In this document: positions 38,201 through 51,028 of the stretch, piece by piece
How the letters are laid out: every line of letters begins with the position of its first letter
How positions within the stretch are numbered: position 1 is the first letter of the stretch
NCBI GenBank assembly: GCA_040954595.2
Contig: CM082578.2
Coordinates: 4,136,831 to 4,200,830 of the forward strand
Source: Balanoglossus misakiensis
Taxonomy: Eukaryota; Animalia; Hemichordata
Length of the DNA stretch: 64,000 nt
Direction of reading: 5' to 3'
Made by a program: the position numbers and the translations under genes
The notes under the pieces: generated by a model
Told to the model about the DNA's origin: nothing
The model's database searches: none
The model's input: the letters and a program-made list of their open reading frames with translations, nothing else

Positions 38201-41200
38201 ATATTAACCCTACTCTGACGAAAATTTATAGAAAAAGTACACAGCTGTTATTAAACTAAATTATTGGTGACCCAAGATGCGAAATAAGTCAAAATCCACG
38301 CTGAAATTTCAGTCGAAGGAATCTGTGAACGAACAGGCGAGCGCGTTCATTTCAAGTTCCAGAACGAGCTCAGCGCAAGCAGCGTAGAACGTCACGCGCG
38401 AGACAGGCAGTTCGACACTAGCATCACCTGATGCGCGAGGTGAAGGCCCGTTCGATATGCAAATTACATCATGGTGGCGTCTAAAAACTAGAAAGTCCGA
38501 TAGCGGCCAATTTATTCTTTATCGTTCATCAAGGACGTCCAGAAAAGGTGTATAATAATAAGGTTATTCACAAAATACCGGGATTTATGTCCTCGTACAT
38601 CGTACGCTTCGGTATTGTCCTCGACGCTGCGCGTCTCGGACAATACCTGCGCTGCACGATGTACTCGGACATAAATCCCGGTATTTTGTGAATAACCTTA
38701 TAATATCAAGATTTTGTCACAGAGATTTCAGAAGATCTTCCAACTTTCTATGGACAATATCAGTGATGAGCCACTGACTCTACAAACTCACTAATGACTC
38801 AAGAAGATTTTCCACAGTCCATATAAATATATAGGGCTGACTCACATACATTTTAAAAAATCCTCAAATTGACTCAAAGATTTTTTTTAAATATGTTTGT
38901 TAGAGGGCACACTGAACAAAATCACAAAAGCTTTATCTTTTTTTAATTACTGCATGTAAAAATATATATATTGAAAACCATATCTTTCAGTCTAACTTCA
39001 TAAAAAATTGGACATCAGCCACTATGTATTGCAATGTACAGTATTAACTCTTTCACCCCTAGTTCCCTCTTTAGAGGTCCAACCATACCATAGAAAAACA
39101 ATGGGTTTGGACTGAACCATGCTGAACCATGGAGGTGAAAGGGTTAGAGCATGTGAGAAATGCAAAAAAAAATATACTTACCACTCCATATCCTCCCTTT
39201 CCGAGTGTTTCCTTAACTTCATAACGGTTGAAATAGACAGCACCTGCGGCAAGCTTCGGTTTCTGATCTTGTGTATTTCGAAAAGTGGGAGTATACATAG
39301 ACGGGATGGCAGGTGTTACAGGAATCAGGGTCTTTCTTTGCTCTGCTGCCAGTTTCTTCAGTCTCTGCAGTCGGCTGGCGTAGTGGGATTTCACTGGCTG
39401 TTCAACAGGTGGTTCTGCTGGTGATCTCGGTGCGGCTACTCTACTCACACCACCGTTCGGGAGTGGTCTTGGAACACCTGGTTTTGGAACTGGCACCTGA
39501 GACTGTGGCTTGACAACCTCTTCCCCAGCAGTAGTGGTGGTGGCGACAGTAAGACCCTTTGGAAGCAGTCTTGGAGTCGCTGGCCGCACAGCTGGTCTCC
39601 TGGTTGATGCATGAGGCCTTGGCAGCACTGGCTCAGCACTCTCTTTTCCAGCAACAATTATTTTCGGAAGAGGTATCCGACTTCGAGACAAGGGTTTGGC
39701 ACCCTCTTTACCAGCAGCCGCAGCGGCAATCGGTTTTGGAAGAGGTCTTGGTATCACTGGACGCTCAACTGGTTTACTCGTTGATGTACAAGGCTTTATA
39801 TATATTAGTTGCAGACATCTTCGAGACACTGGCCTAACACCCTCTTTTCCAGCAGCAGTTGATTTCGGAAGAGGTATTCGAGTTCGACTTCGAGGCGCTG
39901 GTTTGGCACCCTCTATACCAGCAGCGGCAGCGGCAATCGGTTTTGGAAGAGGTCTTGGTATCACTGGACGCTCAACTGGTTTACTGGTTGATGTTACAGG
40001 CATTAGTGGCAGATGAGCACCCTCTTTACGTGCAGCTGAAGCGTTTGAGGAGGCTGCTCGCTTTTTAATAGCTCCTCTCTTCGTAGCATCCATTGTTGAA
40101 TGCATTGGCTTGGAAATTATAGTACCAGGCTCTGCTGCAACTGCCACAGAAGATGATGCCTGGGCAACACGGTCAGAAACCTTACTCACAGGCTTCAGAA
40201 GTGACCCTGAGGATGCTGCCCATGCAGAAGTTGGAAGATGTCTTGTACCAGTAGTGGTTGCCTCAGCAGCAGTAAGACTTGGTGGGCATGGAGACACCGC
40301 TTGGGAATCAAATGATTTGGAATCACCTCTTGCATTCAGCTTGTCAGCTGCAGTCATGGGCATCAAATCTTGTCCACTAGTCTTCTGCTTTGGCTCGGGC
40401 AACTGATGATAAAAAGTACAACACCTTTCAGTCTCAGAAATAGAATAAGATGTCTCCACCAAATAGTATTTGAACAATATTCCATTCAACAGTATTCCCA
40501 GTGCAGTGGTTCTCAAGTTTCTTCAGTGGACGGACATACATTTTACATGTACCGGGGTACACACATACATGTACACCCAGGGCTTGAAAATTAGCAGTAG
40601 TCTGAGTGATAGTCACATGCCAACTGACTATCAGTTGCTCCTTACTACCACTAACTTTGCAAAATGGTAGTCATCACTGACTACCAGTAGTTGGAGCCAC
40701 ATCAGCTGTGCTATTGAATAGGTAGAAAATTGCACTGACATGTGTAAACGCTGTATTACATGCTTTATTTAGAAAGAATTTTTACTGTATTATACAAAAG
40801 TTCTGGCTACAAAGTTTGCAAGGCTGACTATCAATGTGGTAGTGCATGTAGTGTAAGTCACAAGTACCAGGTACATGTACCAAGATATTGAGCCCAAAGT
40901 CCACACATACACACCATACACATACCAGGTACATGTATACTGTATACTTATACTTTGTATACAAATGACAGACCCTGACTGATTCCTTAAAGCTCCTTGT
41001 GGTGTACTTATTCCAAATGGAAGCTAAAAATGGTGTTGAGTGAGTTAATTTAAAATCTAAAGGGCAAATTTTCTACTAAAACTGTCTGCATAGCAAGTAT
41101 TGGAATTTAAATTTTAATCAATGGTAGTTCTGAAGGGGTCTTGTTGAGTATTAATATTACAAAATGTTCTTGAAGCAAAATCTATTACCTTCATAACTTC

Positions 41201-41265
41201 ATTCTTGACAGTCTCAACGAGTTCTCCCTTTGGTACAGATTCCGCAGGTTTTTTTCTAAGGGATC
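32290..41265 (-). CDS. Divergent DYRK/HIPK-like CMGC protein kinase with a long Pro/Arg/Ala-rich N-terminus
   Basis: Phase-compatible GT-AG exons 41189-41265, 39182-40402 (ends RYEVKETLGKGGYGV), 37813-37966 (ALK), 36983-37269 (IHCDLKTDN, VIDFGLA), 36486-36635 (HIQTRWYRAPE, IDMWGLG), 36198-36338, 35262-35380, 33567-34180 (RRITVQEALSHPF), 32559-32717, 32290-32393 (TAA). The start codon is uncertain (ATG at 41194 or near 40360). A probable non-coding first exon ends at the donor at 45165. Confidence 0.88.
33074..33417. mobile_element. Palindromic Kolobok-type MITE family, the most abundant family in the window
   Basis: TTAA-AGGGACA...TGTCCCT-TTAA. Other copies at 1-332, ~1240-1441, 7485-9888 (interrupted), ~10825-11010, ~48140-48200 and 52521-52850. 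Confidence 0.85.
34767..34940. mobile_element. Short Kolobok-type MITE
   Basis: TTAA TSD, TIR AGGTATACGGTCACCT. Confidence 0.8.
36749..36951. mobile_element. TA-flanked MITE
   Basis: TIR CTGTAAAA(C/T)GGGTTATTTT, with TA on the left and CA on the right. Confidence 0.7.
38033..38700. mobile_element. Non-autonomous element with short inverted repeats plus a ~140-bp terminal hairpin (Crypton-like, tentative)
   Basis: TTATTATACACCT/AGGTGTATAATAA pair followed by the hairpin 38559-38700. Confidence 0.5.
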
Positions 41266-41909
41266 CTGTAAGGAAAATATTTACAAAAACCATCATTCAC
41301 TGAAGTTGGCTGCATTGCAACTATCATCACTCAGTACCAAAAGCAGTGTGACTTCTAAATTAACACAATTTTTGCAGATTGCATTTTTGATGTAATATTG
41401 CATTTTATGTGATACCGAAGGGTTAAAGTAAGATGCCAAGCAGGATATCAAAATCAAAGGAAAAAAAATATGTTGATTTTCTTTTGAGTAAGGATGGATA
41501 CAAGATCACATGCTAAGTCACAGTTTTGAGCAGTGGCAATGCCATTGGTCAATGACATATAACTTTGGTTATTTCATTGTAAAAAGTGTTAAAGTTTACT
41601 TGCAATCGAAATATTAATCACTTTTGACCATAGCATCTTCCTAAGTCAATCAAAAACCAGAAAGGGGGGGGGGGGATAAAATGTAAAAACAAACTTTGAA
41701 TGTTCAGTAAACCTTGCATAGAAAAGACTTATGAGAAGGGCCTGCTCGTGTGACTTCCATGAAGTTGTGACTTCCATGAAGTATAAACGATAAGGGGGGG
41801 TGTCCCCCTCCCACCTAAGAAAATTTTGTAAAATACGGTGCTCAAAGTTGCATTTTAATGAACTCAAAAGCAAAATATAGCTGTGAACAGCAATAAGCGG
41901 GTTTCGAGA

Positions 41910-43900
41910 CACTGCTAGCCCTATTGGTTCGCCTGGAGATAGATATGTGCATATTTAATTAGTCAGGGTGGAGGATGTGGGAAAGTTGGTCAAACGTCAT
42001 GTGAGGTCACCCTAAATATGAGCAGAAAATTTTGACACTATATTGGTCCATGTCCAATAAAAACCACACATCTAGCCCTATTGGTTCGTGTGTACTTAGT
42101 TATGCACATAGTTAGGCAGGTGTCACAGGTGGTCCTAAATTTTGGCTACTTATTTTGGTACCATCCTCCCAAACACCTAAGCTGTACCTGCTGTGGATGC
42201 CGAGATATGCGGAAGTAGGTCAAAGGTCACCCAAGGTCACCCGAAATTTGGGGGGAAAATTTGACCCCATACTGGTCCATGTCCAACAAACACCAGACCT
42301 GTAGTCCTGTTAGTTCGCCTGGAATTAGGTATGCACATAATTAATGAGTAAGGCAGGTGTCACAGGTGACCCTAAATTTTGGCTTCTTATTTTGGTTCCA
42401 TCCACCCAAACACCTAAGCTGTACCTGCTCTAGATGCTGAGATATGTGGAAGTAGGTCAAAGGTCACCCAAGGTCACCCCAAAATTTGGGCAAAACAATT
42501 TGATCCCCTAGTGGTACATATCCAACAAACACAAGACCTGTAGCCCTGTTAGTTTGGCTGGAATTAGGTATGCACATAATTAATGAGTAAGGCAGGTGTC
42601 ACAGGTGACCCTAAATTGTGGCTTCTTATTTTGGTACCATCCTCCCAAACACCTAAGCTGTACCTGCTGTGGATGCCGAGATATGAGGAAGTAGGTCAAA
42701 GGTCACCCAAGGTCACCCAAAATGTGGGCAAAAACATTTGACCCCATAGTGGTACATATCCAACAAACACCAGACCTGTAGCCCCCTTGGTTCGCCTAGA
42801 ATTAGGTATGCACATAATTAATGAGTTAGGCAGGTGTCACAGGTGACCCTAAATTTTGGCTTCTTATTTTGGTACCATCCACCCAAACACCTAAGCTGTA
42901 CCTGCTGTAAATGCCGAGATATGAGGAAGTAGGTCAAAGGTCACCCAAGGTCACCCCAAATTTTGGGGGATAATTTGACCCAGGGATCTGCCCACGCTGG
43001 TCGGCGCCGGTCGCGCGCGACCGGCACTCTTCAGGCCGCAACCAGGACAAAAAGGTCGCGACCATTGCTATTGTTCACTGTGATACGCGCGTTTTGGCAT
43101 GAGAAATTTTCTTTTTCGGCGGAAATCAAACAAAGAAACCCGCTAAACTGTCGATAACGAGGTCGCGCGCGTTCGACTGACCGTGCGCGGTACATCGGGT
43201 CTACAGCTCGATGCAGCCGGCTGGGTCCCGCGATCGCGCGCGACCATCCACTCTTGAGATCGACTCCAAAGTCGTTGTCACGGTCGGCATTGCTAATGGC
43301 CTCGATCGGTATAAAATTGTAGTCTTTGAAACCCCCAAAATCGTCATCATTGTTGATGTCGCCGTCATGAAAATGTCCGGTGAAAAATTGCCTGTCTTCC
43401 GGGTTTACAAAGCAAAGGTAAGACGCATACTGTCAAAGGTCACCTAATTAGGTCAGGTCGATAACACTTTACATCGAGCTCATGAATATTAATAATCTCA
43501 TTAATATTCATGAGTGCGACCACCACTCTGTTTTGGCTCGGCAGAACCCTGTTGACCCCATACTGGTTCATGTCCAACAAAAATCAGACCTGTAGCCCTA
43601 TTGGTTTGCCTGGAATTAGGTATGCACATAATTAATGAGTTAGGCAGGTGTCACAGGTGACCCTTGAATTTGGCTTCTTATTTTGGTACCATCCACCCAA
43701 ACACCTAAGCTGTACCTGCTCTGGATGCCGAGATATGCGGAAGAAGGTCAAAGGTCACTCAAGGTCACCCCAAATTTTGGGGGATAATTTGACCCCATAC
43801 TGGTCCATGTCTAGACCTGTAGCCCTATTGGTTTGCCTCGAATTAGGTATGCACATAATTAATGAGTTAGGCAGGTGTCACAGGTGACCCTTGAATTAAT
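41910..43900. repeat. ~239-bp tandem satellite array (about 6 units), interrupted by a MITE
   Basis: AGGCAGGTGTCACAGGT recurs at ~42113, 42351, 42590, 42828, 43642 and 43869. Confidence 0.92.
42981..43551. mobile_element. hAT-like GC-rich MITE with 6-bp TSD
   Basis: TIR CAGGG(A/T)TCTGCC and TSD TTGACC, verified against uninterrupted satellite units (taatttgaccccatac). Repeated GGTCGCG/CGCGACC motifs. Confidence 0.85.
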
Positions 43901-44965
43901 TTGGCTTCTTTTTGTGGTCCTATGCTGCACACTGGCCGATAGGACTATTGCACCAACGACTTGGCCATAGCTTAACTATAGTGGAATACAAACTTTGTCC
44001 GCCATGTTTGCTCTAACATGGTGGAACTCATCGGCGAAACTTCACTGGATTTATCGTTTTTTAATGGAAGCAGGACAATTTTGGGGGAAATTTGGGCGTT
44101 GGAGGTGTATTTTTGGGGAGATGCACCCGTTCGGTTTTCAAATGTTATCGGAGGTACCCCATAACTGAGCTGACGACCGAAAGTTGATTGGAAAATTACA
44201 CACAAGGCCTTGTAGCGGTTATGCTGCACACCAGTCAACCAAGCAGCACCGGCCGCTACAATTATTGCAGCTACAGTGAACCTAGCTCTGGACTTACGCG
44301 CTGTTTGGGTCTACGCTGCTCTCCGTACAGTGAACCATAAACTATAAACACGTCTCACCGAACTTCTTTTTGTCAAACTGTAGAAAAAATGCATCAAAAC
44401 AAATCGCCCAAGCAAAATTAAAATGTTGTAATTGTATATCGTAGGAAATTAAGAAAAACTGAAACATTGTCAATACATGTAAGTTGCAGTTCGGCTTGAC
44501 GCGGGCGCGACGCCCGACCGGCTGTCGATGGGCGAACTCTGAAAGTCTGTACTGAATATTTTACTCGAACAAACGTTGGTTTATAAATCGTAGATTCACT
44601 TACGATCCATATCTCTTCTCGTGTTATCCATCAGGAAGGATTCACTTGTTTGGTTAAAATATGCAACGAGTTTCTTCGCAGCGATGTGTATGATGCTTGC
44701 ATCAAAGTCACTAATGAAGTGTTTGTGTACGACAACATTCGACCACCATGGAAACAAGAATCGAACTTTTCGAATGATATGCGTCACACACGTCACAGAT
44801 AGATTATGCAGACTTGTGTATTTCCCATCAGACACAGGAGTTTCATGGCGAGCTAACGTACCTCGGGGCCTATACATTTTCAAACAATCTGTTTCTTTGT
44901 CAGGAAATAAACAGCGGTCACGAATGGGCAAGATTTGTAACACGCAGTATAATATTCAGTAGAAC

Positions 44966-44999
44966 CATGGAGGTACTAGAGTACTCTAGTACCTCCATG
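44966..44999. mobile_element. 34-bp perfect palindrome with 7-bp TSD; probable P-element-superfamily excision footprint
   Basis: GTAGAAC|CATGGAGGTACTAGAGT ACTCTAGTACCTCCATG|GTAGAAC. The paralogous empty site is at ~20277. Confidence 0.75.
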
Positions 45000-45462
45000 G
45001 TAGAACCAGCATCGGCATCACAATTTTCATCTTCCCAGCAGGTTACGGTCCATTTTGAAACGTGAACTACACGCGAAACTGATTTGTTTGGTTGAGAGGA
45101 AAATACTGTGACTGAAAATTATGACGAAATGCAAGAGTTCGCGAAGCAATGCATCAAAACTTACCAGTGCGTCAGTTCTTCACCTAGCTCTCTGCGTACA
45201 GGTCTGTGTGCATCCGGCGTTATTGTACAACCATTGTACAGTAGGGCAAGTGTCGGGGTTGTCGATCGTGATTCTGCCAGGTCCCCCTCATTCAGGAAGG
45301 CCAATGTTGTGATTTTGCCGAGTCCTGACGTCGACTGACCAAACTCCAGGCTTCTAAACTTGACTATAGAGCCGAAACCACGCTCTGTTGGTCCATCCAC
45401 AGCCACGCGTAGACTCCCTCTATTTATTTCCGCCTCGAGGACTGATATGATGGGGCAGCTAC

Positions 45463-45476
45463 GTTGCCATGGTGAT
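45463..45476. promoter_or_regulatory. RFX X-box-like motif at the presumed kinase promoter
   Basis: GTTGCCATGGTGAT has one perfect and one imperfect half-site, ~300 bp 5' of the donor at 45165. Confidence 0.45.
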
Positions 45477-45544
45477 GACCTGAATGAGGGCGACTTTGCA
45501 GCGGTAATTGGTAATGTTGCAAAGAATGAATAGTTTCCATCTTA

Positions 45545-47867
45545 GGGCCTGGTCAGAATTAACAGGGAGGGGTGGAAGGCCGGTTTCCGAACTGCTAAAA
45601 CTTTGATCCCCCCCCCCCCCATATATATAAACAGCGCTCCCAAGAATTTCAAACTGATGTCTTTCCCTCGTGTCCCCCTCCCAAGTAAGAAAATTTTATA
45701 AAATACAGAGCTCAAAGCTGCATTTTAATGGAAGTTATTACAAAGGCTGTTGCTATGTAGAAAATATTTATTTTACTGGAAAAAAGTAAGTTCTTTGGAC
45801 TGTGAGCTTTGTAAAGTTCCCGATTCTCTTGAACATAGGTATTTGCATTGTTCTTTGGCAAAGGATCTTTGGAAGAGAATCAACAATACAGTTCAACACA
45901 GTATCGACAAAACGTTCAAATTACAGAATTGTGATATAATTTTCACTTGTTAAACAAACAAAAGCTTCTCAAGAATGGAAGAAGACATTGTAAATCTGTT
46001 AATTTTAATTGGTAAATGGTGTATCCACAAATACTGGTTGCTTGACAAGAATATTCCTTTAATTATCATGTTTAAGTGTGAGTTTAGACAGAGGTATAAA
46101 GTAGATAAAGAAATCGACAATAACAGCAACAGATTAAATATTTTTGAGAGACTTCTTTCATACATGTAAAATTTTGAACTAGTTTTTTTTTTGTCCTATT
46201 GATTTGTACATGGTATTCTTTGATGTACACTTTTGTAGTTATGAAACCTTTTGCAATCATATTTTAAAGCTGCACAGTTGATGGCAAATACCATTTTTGG
46301 TATATTTTTCCTTTGTGAAATAAATATCAATTTACAAACTTTAACATGAAATGAATGCTCTACCCATGGATTCGGGTCAAATTTGCCCATATAACGATAT
46401 AAGGCTTCATAGAAAAAGTCCGATGGTAAACAACATGTTTGAATGAACCGCCCATACTACACGGAAACTGTGACGTCACAATCATGGAACCAATCACGTC
46501 GCACTATTTGTGTTTATGAAAATCTATGGGTATGTACCCATAAAATTTATTATTTCATTTTTTAGACATACAGAACCATGACAACTAACCAAGTCACTCA
46601 TGAGTTATTTTATTTTGGCAAGTAAAGTATTATACAAACAAAAGTTAGGAGTTTTATGCTACAAAGTAAATTGTTATTATTATCAACTGTGCAGCTTTAA
46701 TAAAAGAAAAAAGAAAAAAAAAAAAAAAAAGCTGCATTTTAATGAACCCAAAAGCAAATTAACTCAACTACACCTGTACCTGTATGTTGGGGAGGACAAA
46801 TTTAACATTCGCCGCTCTAAGTTAGCATGGAAGGGGGGGGGGGGGGGGGGGGGGGGCAAGTCCCCTGACCTGGGACACTATATAAACCAGTCAATGATTG
46901 AAAGGTGTTGATGAATGAAGGGGGTGGGTGCGGGAGGGGGTGTCCCCCTCCCACATTAGAAAAATTTGTATTATGAAGGGTTTAAAACTGCATTTTTGTG
47001 GACTCAAAATAAATATTTAGTCCTTGTTTTCAAGTCCCCCCTTTCAGTCCCTAAATTATTTCAAATCCCCCCTTACATACCCTCAATTTTTTCAAACCCC
47101 CCATCAATTCTCCTGCCCACCCTACAGAGATGTTTGTGAATGCAGCCTAATACAAATTTTGAGAGCATTATCTTTAAAGGCGAATCTTATTGTCAAGTAC
47201 CATTTCAAACGATTTAGAAAATTATTGAAAGAGGAGATACAAATTTTATAAAATAATCAAGCAATTGCATAGCCAGCCATACAAAAAATTGAAGTAAAAC
47301 ACTTGAAACACCTGTTTAATCAAACAAAAAAGATATTGATTTTGTCTATTGACAGAACAAAGGAAATTTACATGTTACCTTTCAACAGAGACTGACCACC
47401 TCAGTTAGTCATTTGCTTGTTTCCTCCAAAGTGTGACATTTGCAGTACATGAATACTTTGATTCCTATGGCTTTTATATTTTGATTTTGAAATTTTCACT
47501 CTAATTCCTCAACATACTTTTCCTAGATAAAACTAAGTACAGTTATATGTACTTCATATCATTGTTAGTATCTAAAACAGAAAAAGTTATTAAATGGACA
47601 ACCTTGATGATACAAATCATGGAGAATTGTGGGTAAAATATCGTACTGTGCTCCCCTTCCCCTTCAGAAATTATTTAAAGTTTTCAATCCCCAAAAACCT
47701 GTCGTGAAACATTTTCGGTGTCATCCTTGCACAAAAATTAGTGACCCTCCCCCTGATTCGTGCCCAAAATGTAGCGGCCCTCCCCCAAACAGTTGCATGA
47801 AAAATGGTGACCCTCCCCCCAATCGCACCGGCCCTCCCCCCCCCCCCTGTTAATTCTGACCAGGCCT
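45545..47867. mobile_element. Second Harbinger-like non-autonomous element carrying a nested LINE
   Basis: TIR GGCCTGGTCAGAATTAACAGGG at both ends with TTA-like flanks. Exact ends are uncertain by 1 nt. Confidence 0.7.
45731..46730 (+). mobile_element. 5'-truncated L1/Tx1-type LINE (ORF2 C-terminal zinc finger, 3' UTR, polyA)
   Basis: CELCKVPDSLEHRYLHC motif with an in-frame stop at 45951. AATAAA at 46699 followed by an A-rich tail. ~17-bp TSD AAAGCTGCATTTTAATG at 45714-45730 and 46728-46744. Confidence 0.85.
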
Positions 47868-50089
47868 TACAGTATTCCACAATTTATTTTGGAACTGCTC
47901 TGTGGAAATATTTGTCACTTTGCCACGCGCGATGCCTGTCTTGTCACTATTTGTCGTCTGCTTCATGTTTAATGCTCGATCCTGGCCGCTCGTGTTTACA
48001 TTCATCGTCGCCATGTTGGTTCACGATCGTAAGTTCTCTTTCTGATGCTATTTTGTTAAGAAAATGACACTGATATGCCACAAAATCAATTGATGATATA
48101 ATATAATAGCAATAACCCTTTTGTCCATTTATTGCGCATGTACAAACAGTGTCTTGTATCAAACATAATTAATGGAAAAAAGGACAGCTGCTGAGAGATA
48201 CCACTCGCTGGATCAATGAACACATACAGGATACATCTTCACATATTGAACTTTATTTGGACGTAGGGAAAGTGCGGTAAAATTTATAGTGTTGTCTCGT
48301 ACAGTCATAGTAAAGTATCCTCTCTTCACATTGCAAGTTACAATATCTATACACAACTTTTAAGACGTAACTTTAAAATGCAAAATATCTTACAGGAAGT
48401 GAAATCTAATTCGTTCTGAAGTATAAAGACCAAAATGCCTGATTGGCTTAGATGGAAAAATTTACGTAGCCGATTGGATAAAGACTTCTGGAGCCAATAT
48501 TCAATCATACCGGTGCTCGTGGTTTTATCTACTGCTCTCTATTGTTCAATTCACAGTGATTATCACTTTTATAGTTTCAGTACATTGTTAAAATTCTGAC
48601 TTTGCGTGAAATACATTTTGGTCAAAAATGGTGATCCTAACAGTAATTAACAAAAAATCAATCATCAATCGCTGAACCAATTAATGAATCAATCTTTAAT
48701 ATCTAAACTTCATTCAATTCAAGTTGTGACAATGACGTGCGCTAACTTCTGCACAAGCCTAAGGTATACAGTTATCTGTAATTTACATATGAATATACAT
48801 TGTAAATGATCTAAAGAACATGTCCAAGTCTTTGAGTGACCATGTTGTGGCACACTTATTTTTCTTTCTTTTTTTTTTCGCGCGTGTCTTCCACTGAAAA
48901 TCTGTGATAGGCTATATCTCCACTTTCCATGATAGCTATGGGGAAATTCCCATAGGTGGGTGTATGTATATCGTTTAGAAAGCTTGACAGGGTAAAAGGC
49001 GATACGCAACTGTTAATTAATAGCCAACTTTTAATATCAGGAAAAATTAGAAATCAGGTTGACCTGCTGTTTGTTGACCCAACTGTAAATAAGAAAACGA
49101 GATTACCGGTAGATGTGCTTTGATAAAATGCACAAAAATTATGCAAATGTGTAATAAATTTTTTTTTTAATGCGATACAGTTGCAAATTCACTATCATGA
49201 TATATGTAACGTGGCTGCTTAAGACAGATTTCATATTTCCCACTGGATATTAAACAACTGGCAGTATGGCTTACAGTCAACATGACAAATACAATATATA
49301 AAATGCCAGGCATCAGTTCCCAAGAATTATTTGTCACTTAGTGTATATTGTTGTGATCCGGTGACATTCACGGAAAGCAACAAGTAATGGAAGTTGTCAA
49401 CTGATAACTCTTTATCTGAGCAACAATCTTTTTTTTTTTCGAAAACATCAACAGGCTTAGATGTTTTGGCATGATAGGGATGTATCCACACCACCCACAC
49501 TAACTAATAACTTGTTCACATGATACCAACCACCGTCAAAACCAGCTTTTGTCATAATATAAAAATAGTATTATAGTACTTTATTAAGACTTTAAAAAAG
49601 TCAATATACAGAAATATACGGATGAAAAAAAACTGGAAAATCTACTCAGTCACTGATGTGAAAAAACACTCATAAAGAAATTGCAGGCAGTGTTTTTGCT
49701 AAGGATGGGGAGCATTGGTAAAAATGGCTTTGGGAACCCCGGTAACATTTCTACAACCCCCTAATATAACTACATTGATACACCCCGGGGAACCCCTGTA
49801 AAATGACTGGGGATCTCCGGTAGATTTTACCCAGGTACCGCCCTTAACAAAAACACTGACAGGAGATAACATTGCTTTCTCCAAAGCTTGAAAAATGTAC
49901 TATCGGTCACTTTATCTAATAGCCAGATTGCAGCAAGTTATTACCACTCCTCCTCACAAAGCTATATCCAATAAAAGCAGGAAATTGAGCCAGGGAAAGC
50001 ATTCTGTAAAAATTAAGGTCCCTCACCCAACAATTGAATCATATAAGTTAGTTTCACAAGCTGTGCTTTTATGAAAAGACCCCCCCCCC

Positions 50090-50134
<45 letters not shown>

Positions 50135-51028
50135 ATAAAAAATAAGATTTTCTCAACATGCAAAAATAGTAGTATACAAATTATATATTTTGCTTATAAA
50201 ATGAACAAAATGTGATATTACCACTTTCATAATATTATACAATGTATATTATTTTACATCTGTGTGTCACAATGATGGAAATTGAAGAAAAACAAACAAA
50301 ATATTCATACCTTCTGGTTAGAAATTGGCTTAGTGCAATTACTGTATGTTACTTTTATTGTTATGTAAATTTGCCAGGTGGGCCCTTTTTACCATTCTAC
50401 AGCTCAAATCAAAACTTAGCTACTGTTTTCAACACAAACTTGAAAAATCCAGGATTATCTATGTACTGGATTTTTATAGCAAATTTGGAATTTTCTATAC
50501 TGTACGGAACTGTTATTAAGCTTCATCCTTACAATCTTAAAAACCACAAGTGGCAGTCCAATTCTACTTAAAAACTGAAAACAAAGCAGTGTCATCATTA
50601 CAGTAAATATTACCAGGTTCACACAGGGTAAAATTTGAGACATAATGTGCCTATGGTAAACATAGAGCATTAATCCTTTGAGTCGTGCTGTGTCCACACA
50701 TACAAATTTATGTATAGGCGCTGAGGCTTGGCCCCATAGATAATGGGTTGCGGAGAGGTGTTAATCCTTACACCGGCTCAGGTCTGGCCAGCAAAGCCGT
50801 CTCACATCTGAGACATTTCAGAACCACTATACACTGTATACACATGTTTTTTTAAGATGGTATCTGATCTGAGATGCTTCAGAACCGTCTTAATGGTTGT
50901 GTGTGTGTGTGAGCCCCATATTGAAGAAGCCGACATCTTCAACACAGATTGATACATGGAGACAAATGTGAACCCCACTTGAGTCTGGTTTCATAAGGTG
51001 ATGAACAGACAGAACACATCATCTTGCT

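Noticed and set aside
41910-43900. Regularly spaced repeats as a CRISPR array
   Set aside because: Whole 239-bp units are repeated with no unique spacers, there are no cas genes, and the context is eukaryotic.
45161-45406. 81-aa ORF as the first coding exon of the kinase
   Set aside because: It has a GTG start and a phase-2 end incompatible with the next exon. All ATG-initiated frames stop early, so it is treated as 5' UTR.
50080-50133. Long poly-A as a retrocopy tail
   Set aside because: No upstream ORF or TSD was recognised, so it is treated as a homopolymer.
50725-50755. CCCATAGATAATGGG as a second P-like footprint
   Set aside because: The arms are short and imperfect and there is no convincing TSD.
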